64,000 nucleotides of DNA, taken from contig OZ320316.1 in assembly GCA_976226885.1 (NCBI GenBank), positions 81,902,001-81,966,000 of the forward strand. Reading direction: 5' to 3'. Made by a program: the position numbers and the translations under genes. Every line of letters begins with the position of its first letter. The stretch's first letter is position 1. This document shows positions 1-13,080 of the stretch, one piece after another. The notes under the pieces were generated by a model. That model made no database searches. It was given only the letters and a program-made list of their open reading frames with translations, and was not told where the DNA came from. This stretch comes from Iphione sp. A-MEVVRFRX5. Its lineage: Eukaryota.

Positions 1-3000
1 TTTGTGTTCAGATCTTTTCTGAATGTTGCCTCTAACATTCAGGGAGAACAGTACTGGCTGTAAATCAGCAGTACATAAAATGAAGTCGCTTTCTGCAATC
101 AAATAAATAGTTCGTAAACCATGTATTCTTCAAGTGGGAGTGACGTGACAGTGGGCTGCTAAGCCTGGTACCCTCACCCATATGTACTGTTTTGTCCCAT
201 AATAATTATTTGGCATTGAGTTCAATGCAAACTCTGATATTATGATGAAGACACATGTAGAACTACCTTAGGATAAAGTGCATATGTCAAAATTATTATT
301 AGCTTGTTTTTACCAGTCTTTAGAGTTTACATTAAAATATGCAGGAACTCCTTGATTATCACCCACTCTTCACCTCTGTAGCATTTTTGCTGAATTAAAA
401 AAATAGAAAAGGATTTTAATCTGTACACTAATGTGTCCCTTTAGATCAGAGAGACATTTTTCAAATTATCACAATTGATTTATATGATATCACTGAAAAC
501 TCTATTACATCCCACTGGCCCCAAGTGCCCGGATTTAATAGTTTGCCTTGTTGTAGAAATGGCAATAACATCATTGTTATTTCAGATTTAGTATTTGTCG
601 TAACGGTGAGGGAGCTGAGCTGAATCTTTTTCGAATTTTGGAACGCTACGATACAAATTTATTCCACTATCGTATTTCACGAGGCATTTTACAGTACACC
701 ACCTGTATGCTTAGACATTATGAAGTGGAGTGAAATATTGAGCAGAACATTTCTTCAAACAGATGATATTCAAATGCAGTTTAGGACAAAAGGTCGAAGT
801 GTGCATACCATAATTTTGACTTGATAAGATGTCACCCTTTAACCATGGCTTGAATTCGGTCTTTTCAAAGCGTGGCAGGCACAGGAACTGAATTCATTTT
901 TCATCAAAGTCATTTTTGATACACAAGGATTATTGGAGAGGCCACTAGCTGGTCTTGTCGGGCTCAGTTGGCCGATATCTCCCAATCTGGTCACACGCTT
1001 TCATTTGGATCTACAAAGACTGTTCATAATACGCCTTCAGCTCGTCTGTTTACGTGTATTTGACAGCCTTCTGCGCCGACTTATTAAAGCTTTTGTGCTG
1101 CTGTGTTACATTTCAGTCTACAGCAGCTTTTCGCGATATGGTTTCAGCTTTGTTGACACTGATTTGATAGGGCTTTTCACCAGCTCATTAAGGCAGTTAT
1201 GTGTTACCGTGGTAATATGAGATGTATGACATCAGTTATCTTCATATGGGAAATTAACCTTTTCCTTTTGCTAACCGGTAGGTTTACGCATGGATGTGCA
1301 ACTGTTCATATCTACTGCATGTACAGGTGGCGTTGTCCTGCTTAAGTCCTTTATGACGCTAATTCCACGTATGTTCTTTCCAGTTTCTCTCGTATGGATA
1401 TATGATATGATAATAAGCTGTCATAGCGAAGAATTTAGTTTGCTGTTGTCATTGAAAGTCACCAGAAAATTCCTCAGGACGTTCTTAAAGGGAGCTAACT
1501 CTGTTGATGACAGTTGAACGGGTGCTTTTTGTCGAGCTGTCATTGCGCTGGTGCCGTTTGGTAATCTGCATCAGCCCTTATCAGAGAGATTGTGCAAGTC
1601 CTATTAATATTGGGCACGCAGTGTTATAGCGTCGTAAACGCTGGCAAAAACGGCGCTGGTGTTTGGCATTGTGTGCTGAAATTCGACAACTAGCTTGGGA
1701 GATACTATTGATGAAAGGAGGAAGAGAATGGTGGGTTACGAGAACAAATAGGCATGGACTTGGTTAGCAGCGGAGCACTGACAATGACGGGCATGTCCGC
1801 ATTGTCCTAACGTCAATACTGCGGGCAATCCATCTACCCATTACAACTCACCGCAGACATGAGAATGGTGTGTTACTTGCTCGGGCGGCCAATGCAGTGA
1901 GCAGGTCAGGACCGAGCGCCTACCCGTTGATATCGCCTTGCTGTAGCACTGTTCAGAGTTCCCGCGATCTGGGAGCATCCGCGCCCTGATGAAGGTAATG
2001 GCTATTGACTTTAAGTCAGGCTTTATTCGTGGCCGATGATGAAAACTTGGCGGCCCCAACCGTCGAGCTGCAACCGGGTGGCGTGCAGCGTCCGTATGCG
2101 CAGGAACTGGTAGGGCCTTATTCTGTCATTATAGGACGCCGACGTGTGCCTTTGCTGAAGGCCTAAGTATAGACGCCGACGATGATTGTTGTCAATCACT
2201 TTAGGAAGGGCTTTGATGTGAGCTGCTGACAGTCAATGTGGAAGCTTTCCAGTCGATCTAAAGCTATAGCTGCCACAGAAAACGCGGACCAGTGGTCCCA
2301 AAGCAAACGTCACAGACAGTCAATCATCGATGGCAACTGTCAGTATCGGTTAGACGCCAGGATTCACAGCAGCTAGCAACTCTCTATGTATGCCTGCGTC
2401 CTTCTCTACTTCAGAGAACAAAGGGGAAATGAGGGCAAGTAATTGTCTTGACAACAACCGCCTCTCTACAGAGGAGCAGATATTTAACATTTTATTACAA
2501 GCACGTTATATTTTTAGCGTCTAAGTGAACATCATTCCGCCCGACTACCCTGTAGCTGTAACTTGTTATAAATCTATGTAACGGCGGCGATCCACATTTC
2601 TGAAACAAATACGACTTTATCGTTCAAGTATTACAAGAAACCTTTCACAATGATCAACTCCCCAGAAGCTGTGATAACTGCATTCGCTATGAAAGCAAGC
2701 GGCAATTCTAGTTTTCCGTCTGAATGATCTCATGAGACCGACCGAGCGGAAAACGAAAAGCTTTATAATACTGGCATTTATGGTCGCTCTGAAAGGTGAT
2801 AAGGATTGGTTAAACATGTGATGGATGAGTGTAATTCCAACACAGTGCAAGGTGCGAAAAACTGCCGCCTTTATGACCATTCCAACACTGGCGTCGATAT
2901 TATCGCCGGCACCAAAATAAAATTGCCGCCGGACAAACACGGTTATTGCGCCCGTGTTCGCCATCTGGTTGATTGGTTGCAACTGGCCTCTTGACCCACA

Positions 3001-6000
3001 GAATCATGTTTGATTGGATGGCATGCGCGCTCGGGTTTAATTGAGGAAGCATTCTCTTGCGCGCAATCAGCATCGGAGTCGGTCGCTGAATAGCAGGAAG
3101 CGCGTGCGTGTCGTTTCTGACCTAAAACACGACTTGCGCCCGCCATTAGCGGCACGCGAAGACTGTTTTACTTTAGATTCCTATCAGGTCGCTCATAACA
3201 GTGACGCAGCCTAATGACGTAGCCTCCAGTGTTTCACAGGCGGCTTTCGCAGAGGAACCAGCCAAGCAGGAAATCTAGGAGAATATTCTCCCCCTCCTTC
3301 CCCCAGTGCCTTGACTGCCTCCACTTTCTCCCTCGCCCCTCTCTCTTATCCTTATCTAAACGGTTCTTTCCAGAGATCTATCTGTCAGTCTGTACATCAG
3401 GAATTCTCTGTAGACTATATTGTTGGAATGTATCAATTGATTTTTTATGATGCTGAAAATACGGGTGCAATATAGTGGAGCACAAAGTGTTCCCATCGTC
3501 AGCGTTGGCGGATCTTTGGTGTGTTAACCTTTCGCATTAAACTTCCGTGTGTGGTAAGGTTTCAATAAGTGAAGACATCACTTCAGTAAGTAAAGACATA
3601 AACCTGGACCTGCTACTAGAGCTTTAAAAGGAGTCTGACGCAGGCGCTATTACGCAGATGGTCCAAGGGAATGTAGTTTGCCTGTTAATATCCTTTCTTG
3701 AGCGGGTAACCATCTCAACTGTCTCTAACAGTCCGACCACCTCGTCTAGTTCCTTTCTAAGTTCGCCTCCGCCTGACTATGTTTTGTCCTACTGGAAATA
3801 AAATTGCCATCTGCCTTCAATCCACACAATGGCGCAGCTGCATGCAATGCGCTTTGCCTTGAGTTACAAGCAGGAGTTGCCCGCTGCGCCTCTCTTCAAC
3901 TGGCTCATTTCTCCTGCAAGTTTCTCCTTATTCCCAGGGCGAGTAGTTTAATGCAGGGTGGCTTTATTGTAGGTAGTTGAGTTAGTGGCGCCGCTGTGCC
4001 TCGTGTTGGGATTGGCGACTTGTATACGGGGACAGAGGCCATAACGTTCCCGACGAGTACTATCTACTGTGCACTCTCGAGAGATAGTGGATAATGTGAG
4101 CCATTTGTTTGTATCTTGTTGGCATCATTTGTCGGCCACTGTATCAGCCGGCATGAAGACTGGACTAATGAATGTTATTATCTAATCAAGAGCCATCGGA
4201 GGCTGGCAATCAGGCCTGTCGAGGACTGCTCTTAGTCGAACTGGTAGAGAACCGTGGCCGCCGTGCGAGATAATATTAGTCGCCCTGCTGCTTAATATCC
4301 TTCGATGATTAGCAAACAGGATGAGCAAGAGAACCATTATTCAAAAAAGCAAAATAACCCCTAACAAGCAGGCGCTGGTGGGGGGCGGATGACTTGTATA
4401 AATACCCCTTGGGCTGCATAGTCTGTCACTGTGTGTTTCCTTGTCGGTGGACCCGAGACCCAAACCGCCCGTCCTGCAAGTGGGCGCGGTCACCGCTTGA
4501 TGGCGGGACGTATGCCATTATCATTCACCACAAAGATCTTAACGATTCAGCACGCCTGAAGGCGCAGAACAAATATCTGCCCTTCGATGATTGTTCGTAC
4601 AGGCTTCCACCAGACGGCACCAGACACAAAAATGCTTCATAATCAGTGCCTTCTGAAAAGTTAATGTCGTTTGTATTCAAGGGCACCTTGAAATAGTATC
4701 CCCATATATTTGCCTAAGTCGAAACTATGTACCTTGTGTATAGCTGGATCGTCCGGTTCAAAATTTGCGATCCATCATGGAACACAGTTACATAAATTAG
4801 GCGTCACAGAACGTTTTTACACACAAATCAATGTACCTCAGCTGTTACACGCCGAGTAACATAAGACGATCTCCTTTACTATAGGGCTTCGGAAACTGGA
4901 GTCGGGTTAGCTCACGTGGCCTTCTTTTCAGTATTTTTGTAGTAAGCATGAAGTTTCATCTCTGCGTAGTCCACGAAAGCCTTTTTTTCGGTTCTGCAAG
5001 AGAAACGATCCATCTTTTCGATAGGTTGCGTTATGATTTTTTCGCGGGTTAAAAAGCACTGAGAACCATCTGCCGGGGCCGGAGTCTGCTTCATAAAGTA
5101 TGATGTAAAAAACGGTTCAAGTTAGAAAATTACCGCCTTCTTTGGAAAGGGTGCCTTTGAAATTACGGCCAGCGACGAGTCAATTATCTTTTCTAATTTA
5201 CTCTCCGAGGCCGAAAAAAAACGAGTCGTCCTTATTTAAGTGTCCCTATCAGATCCATTGGCTGGGCAAACGTGTTCTACGACGGTCAATGATCTTTCGC
5301 ACAGGAACTTTATCAAGCACATGAAAGTGGCTGCCTAAATAGATTGCCTTGATTGTATCATCAAGTGGCTCTTTCGGTACTTTGATCCCCCATACACATA
5401 GTCCTAACCCACCGCTCGGTGGATAAACGACGCCAATTTATTCTAAGGTTTCAAGAAGAACGCATCACATGCCAAGGGTGGATCCGGTCGAGGCCAGCAG
5501 GATGAGCTGGACCTTGAAGTGAAAGCTCGTGGTACGGGTGCTAGAGATAGGGTCACATGAGCACCGCGTCATGTGACAAGCCCTGTCATGTGATTGTGAT
5601 TGACCGAACAAGATGGAGGTTGCTTTCTTGTCCTGCCTTCACATCTACATTGTTTTCATGGACCGTCAAGTAAGGTGAAAGCCTCCCCAGCGATATTTTT
5701 TGTCTTTTGCCTTAAAATGGTATCTTCTTGGCGACGGGCGTATAGTTAAGTATTCAGATTTCGTGATAAAACACATGGCATGTATCCCTTCTAAGAAGTG
5801 TTATTTAAGTTGATAGATCGTTCTAACGGACGAGAGACACCATTCTGCACATATACCCACGTTTTATATTGTGTGGAAAGTTCTATTCCGGAGCAACCTT
5901 TGCACGCGAACACCTTAATGATGCCCGGTTATTAGGTGCCGAGAGGGAAAAAGAAGTGAGTGTAAACATAATAGTATGACTTCTTAGCTGTAACGATGGC

Positions 6001-6532
6001 TTGCACCCGCGAGAGCAGATCCTAGTCTCCATAGGAAGGAATACCCGAGGGAGGCCCAGCTGGACCACGAGCCTCAGCACCGCACAATCGGCTATGAATT
6101 TGTAGTCAATAATCCCGCCTTGACCAGTTCTCAGGACACTCACCGATCATCGGCTATTGACCGCATCGTATTGAGCGGCCCTTCGCCGCACTGGGCGCCC
6201 AGACTGGTATTGTTGATGCTGGTGGTGTTAGAGGGGGGCCGGGCGAGGCTGTGGCTATGGTGATCATTTCCCGCGCTCCAGTAATGTGGGCGCCTGGTAA
6301 GGCGTCTTTGATTTATGTCTTCGCCGATCGCCTTAAGTCTCTTGGGGTATAGCTAGGCACGGGCAGTGGCCATCAGTTGATAAAACCGAATATATGAGAG
6401 TATTCGTAGCTGGGGTAGTCGCTTAATATCCTCCACGGCCAAAACAAATAGTCCTCTCCTCGGTGGCCAGCCACGCTTTTAATGGTCAATTGTCTGCCTT
6501 GTGGCATGATTAGATTTTCTCCTCTCGCACAG

Positions 6533-6845
6533 CAGGTCATGGTTACGTGAATCTATCTGACATCAAGTCCGCAGAGACCTGTTCTTATTCCGCACACACA
6601 CACACTAATCAGAGCTGTGTCCTCGGCCTGGCCTTGTACTGTCACTGTGTAGGAAGCAGAAATAATTACACCGACGTAGCAGGCAGCAGCAAAAATATAT
6701 TGAATGTACAGAGATGTCGGCGAGTGGGAGTGCGCATTTGTCTAGAAAGCTTTAAATTCTTGGTCTGCAAACAAGACCTGACAGTGAGCTATAATTCAGT
6801 AACTATATGTACATATGCACATATGTGTCGTGCCCGATACTACAG
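6533..6845 (+). other. Candidate internal exon, Cys-rich, no recognised product
   Basis: Pyrimidine tract plus AG (ttttctcctctcgcacag, with a tandem CAG) at 6531-6535 and donor CAG|GTAAAG at 6846. One frame is open throughout (GHGYVNLSDIK...CRARYY). No family recognised. Confidence 0.2.
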
Positions 6846-6959
6846 GTAAAGTTGGGCTACTTACTCTAATGTTGCACACCATTTTCTATTTGCGTTGTTA
6901 CCTGTTGTCTGCAACTAATGCTTCTTTCTAAAATATCATTCAGCCTGTTTTGGTGCTTT

Positions 6960-7085
6960 GAGACCACCACTAACAACATCTGCTCTTACATGTACTCTTA
7001 CTAAAACTTCACCCACTACTATTATTACTCCCGCTATTATTGTTGCTACTCTTAATATATCTGTTACTATTACTCTTTCGCTGCT
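6960..7085. repeat. Low-complexity degenerate ACT/ATT trinucleotide tract
   Basis: Runs such as cccactactattattactcccgctattattgttgctact. It explains the Thr/Ile-rich spurious ORF 6958-7155. Confidence 0.5.
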
Positions 7086-9364
7086 CGCGTCGAACTGTGT
7101 GCTCATAAGCAGTGTGCTCTTAAACAATGTACTCCAATTGGATTTGCACGCTTAGGATTGTTCTTCTGGTGAAGATGATCCAATTAGTCTCTTTTAGGAT
7201 GCAGCCAAGCGCACAGGTGTCGAATGATCGATAAATATGCGCCGCTCTAGTGCAAAGAAAAACGGATGAAGATTAAGACAAAGTAGACTGCATTTCAGAG
7301 CACATGAAAGCCGAGTGTGAAACATGACCGAAGCCGCTTCTGGTGAGTTTGAGTGGAAAGGCGTCAGCAGCTGAGCAGCCAACCTGTTTTGGGACTTTGG
7401 TTAGTAGTAAGCCAGAGCACGACCTCTTCAGTCCGAACTCGCGCTTGAAATTTCATTTTCTGGCCGCCGCTGTGAGACCGATGCGGATACTGCAGTTTGT
7501 CAAATGTCGACGCACGCTCCTCACTTGATTCACTAAAGCTGTCACACCAGCAGTGATGTAGTACTTGTAAGCGGGCGGGGGGGGGGGGCAGGGGGGCGTA
7601 CATCACTTTCAGGCTATAGCAGTGAATTGCTAGTGGATGACAGTCGGGAGTGGAAGAATCTGTGATTCACAATTGAATACACATTCGTCTTTCTATATAC
7701 GTGGAACACAGACAGGGCCGTGTGTCTGGTATAATGGGAAAAAGTCGGTATTTGGCGGTCTTAATTCCTTCTCGGTTGCTCGTCGATCACTGTCATTGGC
7801 GTCTCATACGCGCTGATAGCAGTAAGGGAAATGGGGATGCAGCAACGGCTTTGGTCCTTGGCGACCGTCCCTGCCTAACACTATTTACTTACACCCTCTC
7901 GTCTCCAAGAGCGGCGCTCCATCTTAACGGGACGCTAATGGAGATCAAAGGGAGGAGTTCCCTCATTAAGCCGTTATACACACACAGCCTTAATGACGTG
8001 GTTGCCTGGGGTGTGCCTATCCTATGTGGCCTTACAAACTGACCCATCAAGGTATGCCGTCTCCTCCTATTTGCGGAGCGGCAATCGCTCTTGGCAAGTC
8101 GTTGTCCTTTCCACCCGGTCCTATCATCCCAATCAGCCAATCAGTAGCTTCCTCCGAGACAGTCACTGACATTGTTTCGTCCGTCTTATGATACTTTTCT
8201 GCTATGCTTTTGATCGTGGAAATTTTTTGTCTACCCCCTACTAATTCCATCACATTTGTAATATTCTTCCCATTTATCATAATGAACTTTTCATGAGAAA
8301 TGTTATGTCGAATATTATAAGGTTCCTTAAGAGATGTCGTACCTACGGTATTTAAATACCAGCATCCATCCAATGGAGCATCCTTGCTGCATAAATCATG
8401 ATGATTGGTATATTCATTATAAAGGTAGCCCGGTAATTGCATACACATGCATTCTGTAAAACCTACTTTATCAACATGTTTATATTCTGGCAATTACAAC
8501 ACGTTTTGACCTTTTTCATGTTATACTTGAGCCCGGAATTTTTAATGGAGATATCCAGATTCAGAAAACTTAGCGTATCTCACTTTTGCGTCATAGCTAT
8601 AACTTCCTTGCCAATGACGGTTTAGCGTAAGTCTCCAGTGGCTTTGCTGCCTACGTGACAAATTGTGCACTCATATTTCCACGGTAGCCTACAGTAGTAA
8701 CAGTTTTATGTGAACGGTCAGCTTACGTTCTGATCTCATGTCCGCCGTTGATTGTGTACGATGACATCTAGGGCACCGCCAATCAGACCGAATAGACGCT
8801 CTATTATACCGTCTCGCCGCCGGCCCCGGCCTTAGCCCCTAGGCGGACAACCGGCCGGCAGGAGGAGCCGGTTCATCTCTTGTCGGAGCCATACCCATAG
8901 GTAGGAGTCACTGATTGTGATGCTACCCGTGTTACCGTACCAATCCATTTGGTCGTCCCCGCCGGGCGAGCTCACACCCCCTAGGGAAGGCACTCGGTTC
9001 GCTGACCCTCCCCCGCCCGCCCCGGCCACACCCACCGCCGACAGGGCTTACCCTGTGTCTGGGAGCCCGCCAGCGTTAATGAATTGACCCTCGACGGAGA
9101 CCGATGAGCTACCAGCCGATGTGGCACTGGATCTCTGCCGGTCATGCAGGTGTGTGCGTGTGTGTGTTGGGGGAGGGCTCCCCGATCGTCTTGATCTTAC
9201 ACGAAGTGATGTGTTGAAGTTAGATATGCTTCGCAGACTACCATTTCCCGGGGCAGCTTTAGATGATAAAAGAAGCGCTTAAGATGTTTTGTTTCCTTTT
9301 TACCTCTTCCACTTTGCACATACACATATTGTTTTTCTTTTTAATGGACACACTATACTTCCAT

Positions 9365-9415
9365 TCCTCCTCCTCCTCCTCCTCCTCCTCCTCCTCCTCC
9401 TCCTCCTCCTCCTCC
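9365..9415. repeat. (TCC)17 microsatellite
   Basis: Perfect 51-bp trinucleotide run read directly. Confidence 0.98.
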
Positions 9416-11091
9416 CTGTGGCTTTATATAAAAGACCGAGAAGAAATGATGCCCCTCCCCTAGGTTGGGCTGGGCGGCCTGGAATTATCCAATCTTTTAT
9501 TCAATCATTAAAATGAATTTGTTCAATAGCTGACGTTAAAGCAGATTACGCTATGAATATGCTGTTTTGGTCCCTTCTTTAGGAGAATTAATTCTGCTAT
9601 ATATCATCATGGCGCTCATATGGGCCGTAAGAAAAACAAGCTGCTTTAATCCTTGGTTCCATTCTTTCTTAAGCATAGTTGCAGCTGCTAACTTCCCAGG
9701 TAAAACGTTCAATACTTTCGCCTTTTTAATCTACACCGCGCTCCTTTGTCAAACTAGCCAGAAACATGCTTTGGATTCAGCGACTGGGGCATTAATAGGA
9801 GAGGAAAAACGCAGCACCAAGAAGGGTGGACGGACTAACGTTATTGATTCAATATGCTTAGCCATTTGATGATGTGAGGAAGCGTTAACAACAGGAGATT
9901 GATGATAATGGTCGAACAAAAGCGTCTTATAGCGAGACGTGCGCTCAATGGAAAACTTCTCGGAGAGGAGAAACTGTATCAGTAGTAGAATGTTTATTTG
10001 TCATGTCCCAGCACGAGAGGATACTGAAAAACCGAGAGCACAATTTTGATTGCCATTCATCGTGCAGAAATTCTAGACTGTCTCCCGTGGGTGTTTTTGA
10101 GGCGCGAATTGGACGGGGCCCACCAGATTCATTATCTTTATTAACCCGCTATTAATGCATGAAATATGATGTCGCCTCTCCCGGATTTGGGGCGCCGGTC
10201 GTATGAATTCACATCGGCCCAGGTCCCCTAGATCTGGGTTTCGGTGGTGGCGGACAGCCAGTTCTCACGTGACTCGGCGTCTGACTCTGGCCGTGGTCTG
10301 TCGATGAATTAGCCAGCGTCACGTGGGGCGGGAGACAACCGTCGATCGCGGGAATGAATCGCGCAATAACGCCATTTTGAAAGGAAGTCACACTCGATTA
10401 GAGGCACACATTCGTCTCGATGTAGGAAGCAGTGGAATAAATGATTCATTGTAATTTATTATGACAAAGCACTATCTGCCAATGCCCCCCTCGCCCCCTC
10501 TGGAGAGCAGGGTCTAGCCTGCTTTCAATATTAGTGTTGGACGACTGCTCAGTTTGCTAGCAGGGCAGGCGCATGCCAAACACAATACAGAACAGTATAC
10601 ACACTTAAGAAACGACGCGGTACTGGTAGCGTAAAGAACAGATAACGCAAACCCTCGCATTAATCTAGTGAGGCACCAGCGGCAGATAGTTCTTGACACG
10701 CTGCGAATTAAGGATCGCCAGAGGGCCCTTTTGAGAGCTGACCTTTACCGCTACAATTCATAATATTGATTCTGACCTTCCTGAGAACGGTTGTTGAATG
10801 GTTTCCGCGCAGCGTTTTGATGTTTTGTCAAGACGCTTCTCCAGCTCGGTTTTGATGGGTTATTTGAGGTAGCGAGTTACCGGCTGACGATTCACTTACT
10901 GTGCCCCCTTCCCCCCATTTGTAGGCCTATGTGATGTAAATGGGATACAGGGGGCCTTAGAGCTAGTGCAAGTAGTGTATTTTGACTGGCAGTCCCTGTC
11001 GTCTATAGCAGTGCTCCTATACCGTTACAAGACCCTTTACATTAAGTGGTGCAAAGATTAACGTACTTGTTTCCCCATTGTGTCATTTCAG

Positions 11092-11424
11092 GACCTTGCG
11101 AGATTGCAGCTGCTGGAGTTGTAGCTAGGCTCGCCTACACTGTGAGCCACGGCCTCTGGCTTCCCAGACGGCACGCTGTGCCAGGTCGTACCGAGTGACG
11201 TGTGGAGGATATTACACAGGACAGGGATCTGCCTGCCCAGCCCAGATTGTCACCACTCAGCCCGCGCCCGGCACACCAGCATCAGCAGCGCCAGCCTCAC
11301 GAGTGGCACGGGACAGTAGAAAGTCTGAGCATCCACCTCGGCAAGAAGAGAGTCCGCCTGAGTAGTCCCTCATTTTCTGACTTCAGTGTTTGACACAGGT
11401 CAGCAGCCTCTTTTAACAGTGGAG
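11092..11424 (+). other. Exon-shaped segment with all three frames closed
   Basis: Acceptor ttccccattgtgtcatttcag| and donor GAG|GTAAGT bracket a 333-nt GC-richer block, but every frame contains a stop. Confidence 0.3.
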
Positions 11425-12439
11425 GTAAGTGATCTTGATTATTTCAGTATGCGTTCATTATCTTGCTTGGAAAAGATGGGCTTTTCAGGGGAAAAAACCC
11501 AAAGTGGACTTTAATATCTCAGGTTTCAATCGTGGTGATATAAAACAGGAACTCAACGTTTGTCATAAAGATTAAAACAAGTCTTTCTCCTTTTTAGAAC
11601 AAAGCTGACACTCTTAGGAATTCTCCAATTGGCAAAGCGTTAATGTGTGATTGTTTCAGTGACATTTGACTTTTTCGCTTTCTTGTAACAGGTTTATGCA
11701 ATTATGTACAGCTGTTTTCGAGTATTAACATGACTGCTGCCACTGGTTTTGTTCGTTACGTTGTATAAAAACAAAAAAACTGGCGTAAAAAAGTATTCAG
11801 TTTACAACTTGCCTATCTGATTTTTGAAAAGTGAGACACCATTTTATTTTAAAAAAAGATTATTGAAACATTGGGAAGCGAGTTGCCTGTGATATAATTT
11901 TTATGATAAAATCAAAACAATTTAGTGATTTCCAATTCTAACTTTCCATTAATCTGACACATTCTCCTTATCTACATGCAAATACTCTAAGGGCTGACTT
12001 TGCAATGGCACCGACTCTTTTAGAGAAGAGTAGACGTTTTCAGTCGGTGGATCCAGCATCGCTCTCTCATTTCCCGTGTAGTTTTTATATTCACAGGTTG
12101 TTTGGCTTTTTGGGAATTGCAGCACACTTACCGGATGCCCTTGCTAAGCTAGAGCTGGATGGATAGTGGTCTGATTGGAGTGTTTGACCATGGTTTGTGT
12201 CAGTGTTGCGTTTGGTGTGAGACCGATGATTCGCGAAACATGTGAATAGTGTATTATGGGTCTGACCAACATATTGGATAGCGCAACTTCTATGTGTGAT
12301 CAGGTTTATTAGATTGCTGCTCTGAATTGTAGCGGAAGGATGTTTATGAATTCCACAGGAAATGCAATCATATCATACCAAAATGTTAACTGTCAAATCA
12401 ACACTCAAATACATGTATACCTAATCACATGCCCCATAA

Positions 12440-13080
12440 AATCTAATAGAATAGAATCCATAAAACATTTCCATGAATACAAGTTCCTAAGGCATGTCAT
12501 CGATAACAGACTAAGTTGGAAACAGTACATTCAAACTAAGTAGAAAGGTTAGGCAGATGTCGAAACTAGTTTGTCATCTTGGATGGAAGGAGAGAGTATG
12601 CCTGTTGAAAGTGTTTCTCATACCTGTATTCAAGTATGGTCTATCCCTAACGATGTACTGTAAGAAGAAGCTGCTTGATGAATTGCAGATAGAACTTAAC
12701 AGGATGCTAAGGTTGATCCTGACTGACGCCTTAAGGAGTAGGAGGGCAACCAGGCTGAGCATGAGTGTGAAACTGTCCACCTAAAACACCCACGAAGTTC
12801 ATTGTTTGCCTCAAGTTTCTGGTACCAAGGGGTAAAATTGTGGAACTTCATCAAACTTTATGGAAAGACGTTGTGAACGAACAGAGAATTTTCTCGGAAA
12901 TTGCCCAGATTACTCCAGGAATGCCACGGAGGGTTCCAGAGTACTGTCATCCACTTACTTGAGTGTTTATCCCTCCATCTTGTGTGCTTGTCTCTTCAAT
13001 GTCCGTGTTGACTTCATTTTTTTTCACTGGCAGAACTCACTGCATAATTCTGAGTATACCAGGAAGAGTGAAATAAAATC
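12440..13080 (+). mobile_element. Decayed 3' end of an L2/CR1-group LINE (ORF2 C-terminus and 3' tail)
   Basis: Collinear peptides EYKFLRHVIDNRLSWKQYI (cf. YKYLGVxIDxxLSWKxHI), LLKVFLIPVFKYG...LLDELQIELNRMLRLIL (cf. LYxSLIxPxxDY...LxxLQxxQNRxxRxI) and FWYQGVKLWN at 12817-12846 (cf. FxYRGxKLWN), then AATAAA at 13072-13077. Stops and frameshifts are present. Confidence 0.7.

Noticed and set aside
1-1500. Faint collinear LINE ORF2 outline on the minus strand (GDF, QLI..TR.T, YR..S, LKTGK..IIL....V.H, G..L..PL)
   Set aside because: Every motif lacks its invariant residues and needs frame changes. It cannot be separated from chance by eye.
9427-9434. Canonical TATAAAAG next to the TCC repeat
   Set aside because: An 8-mer expected about once per strand, with no associated gene or initiator.
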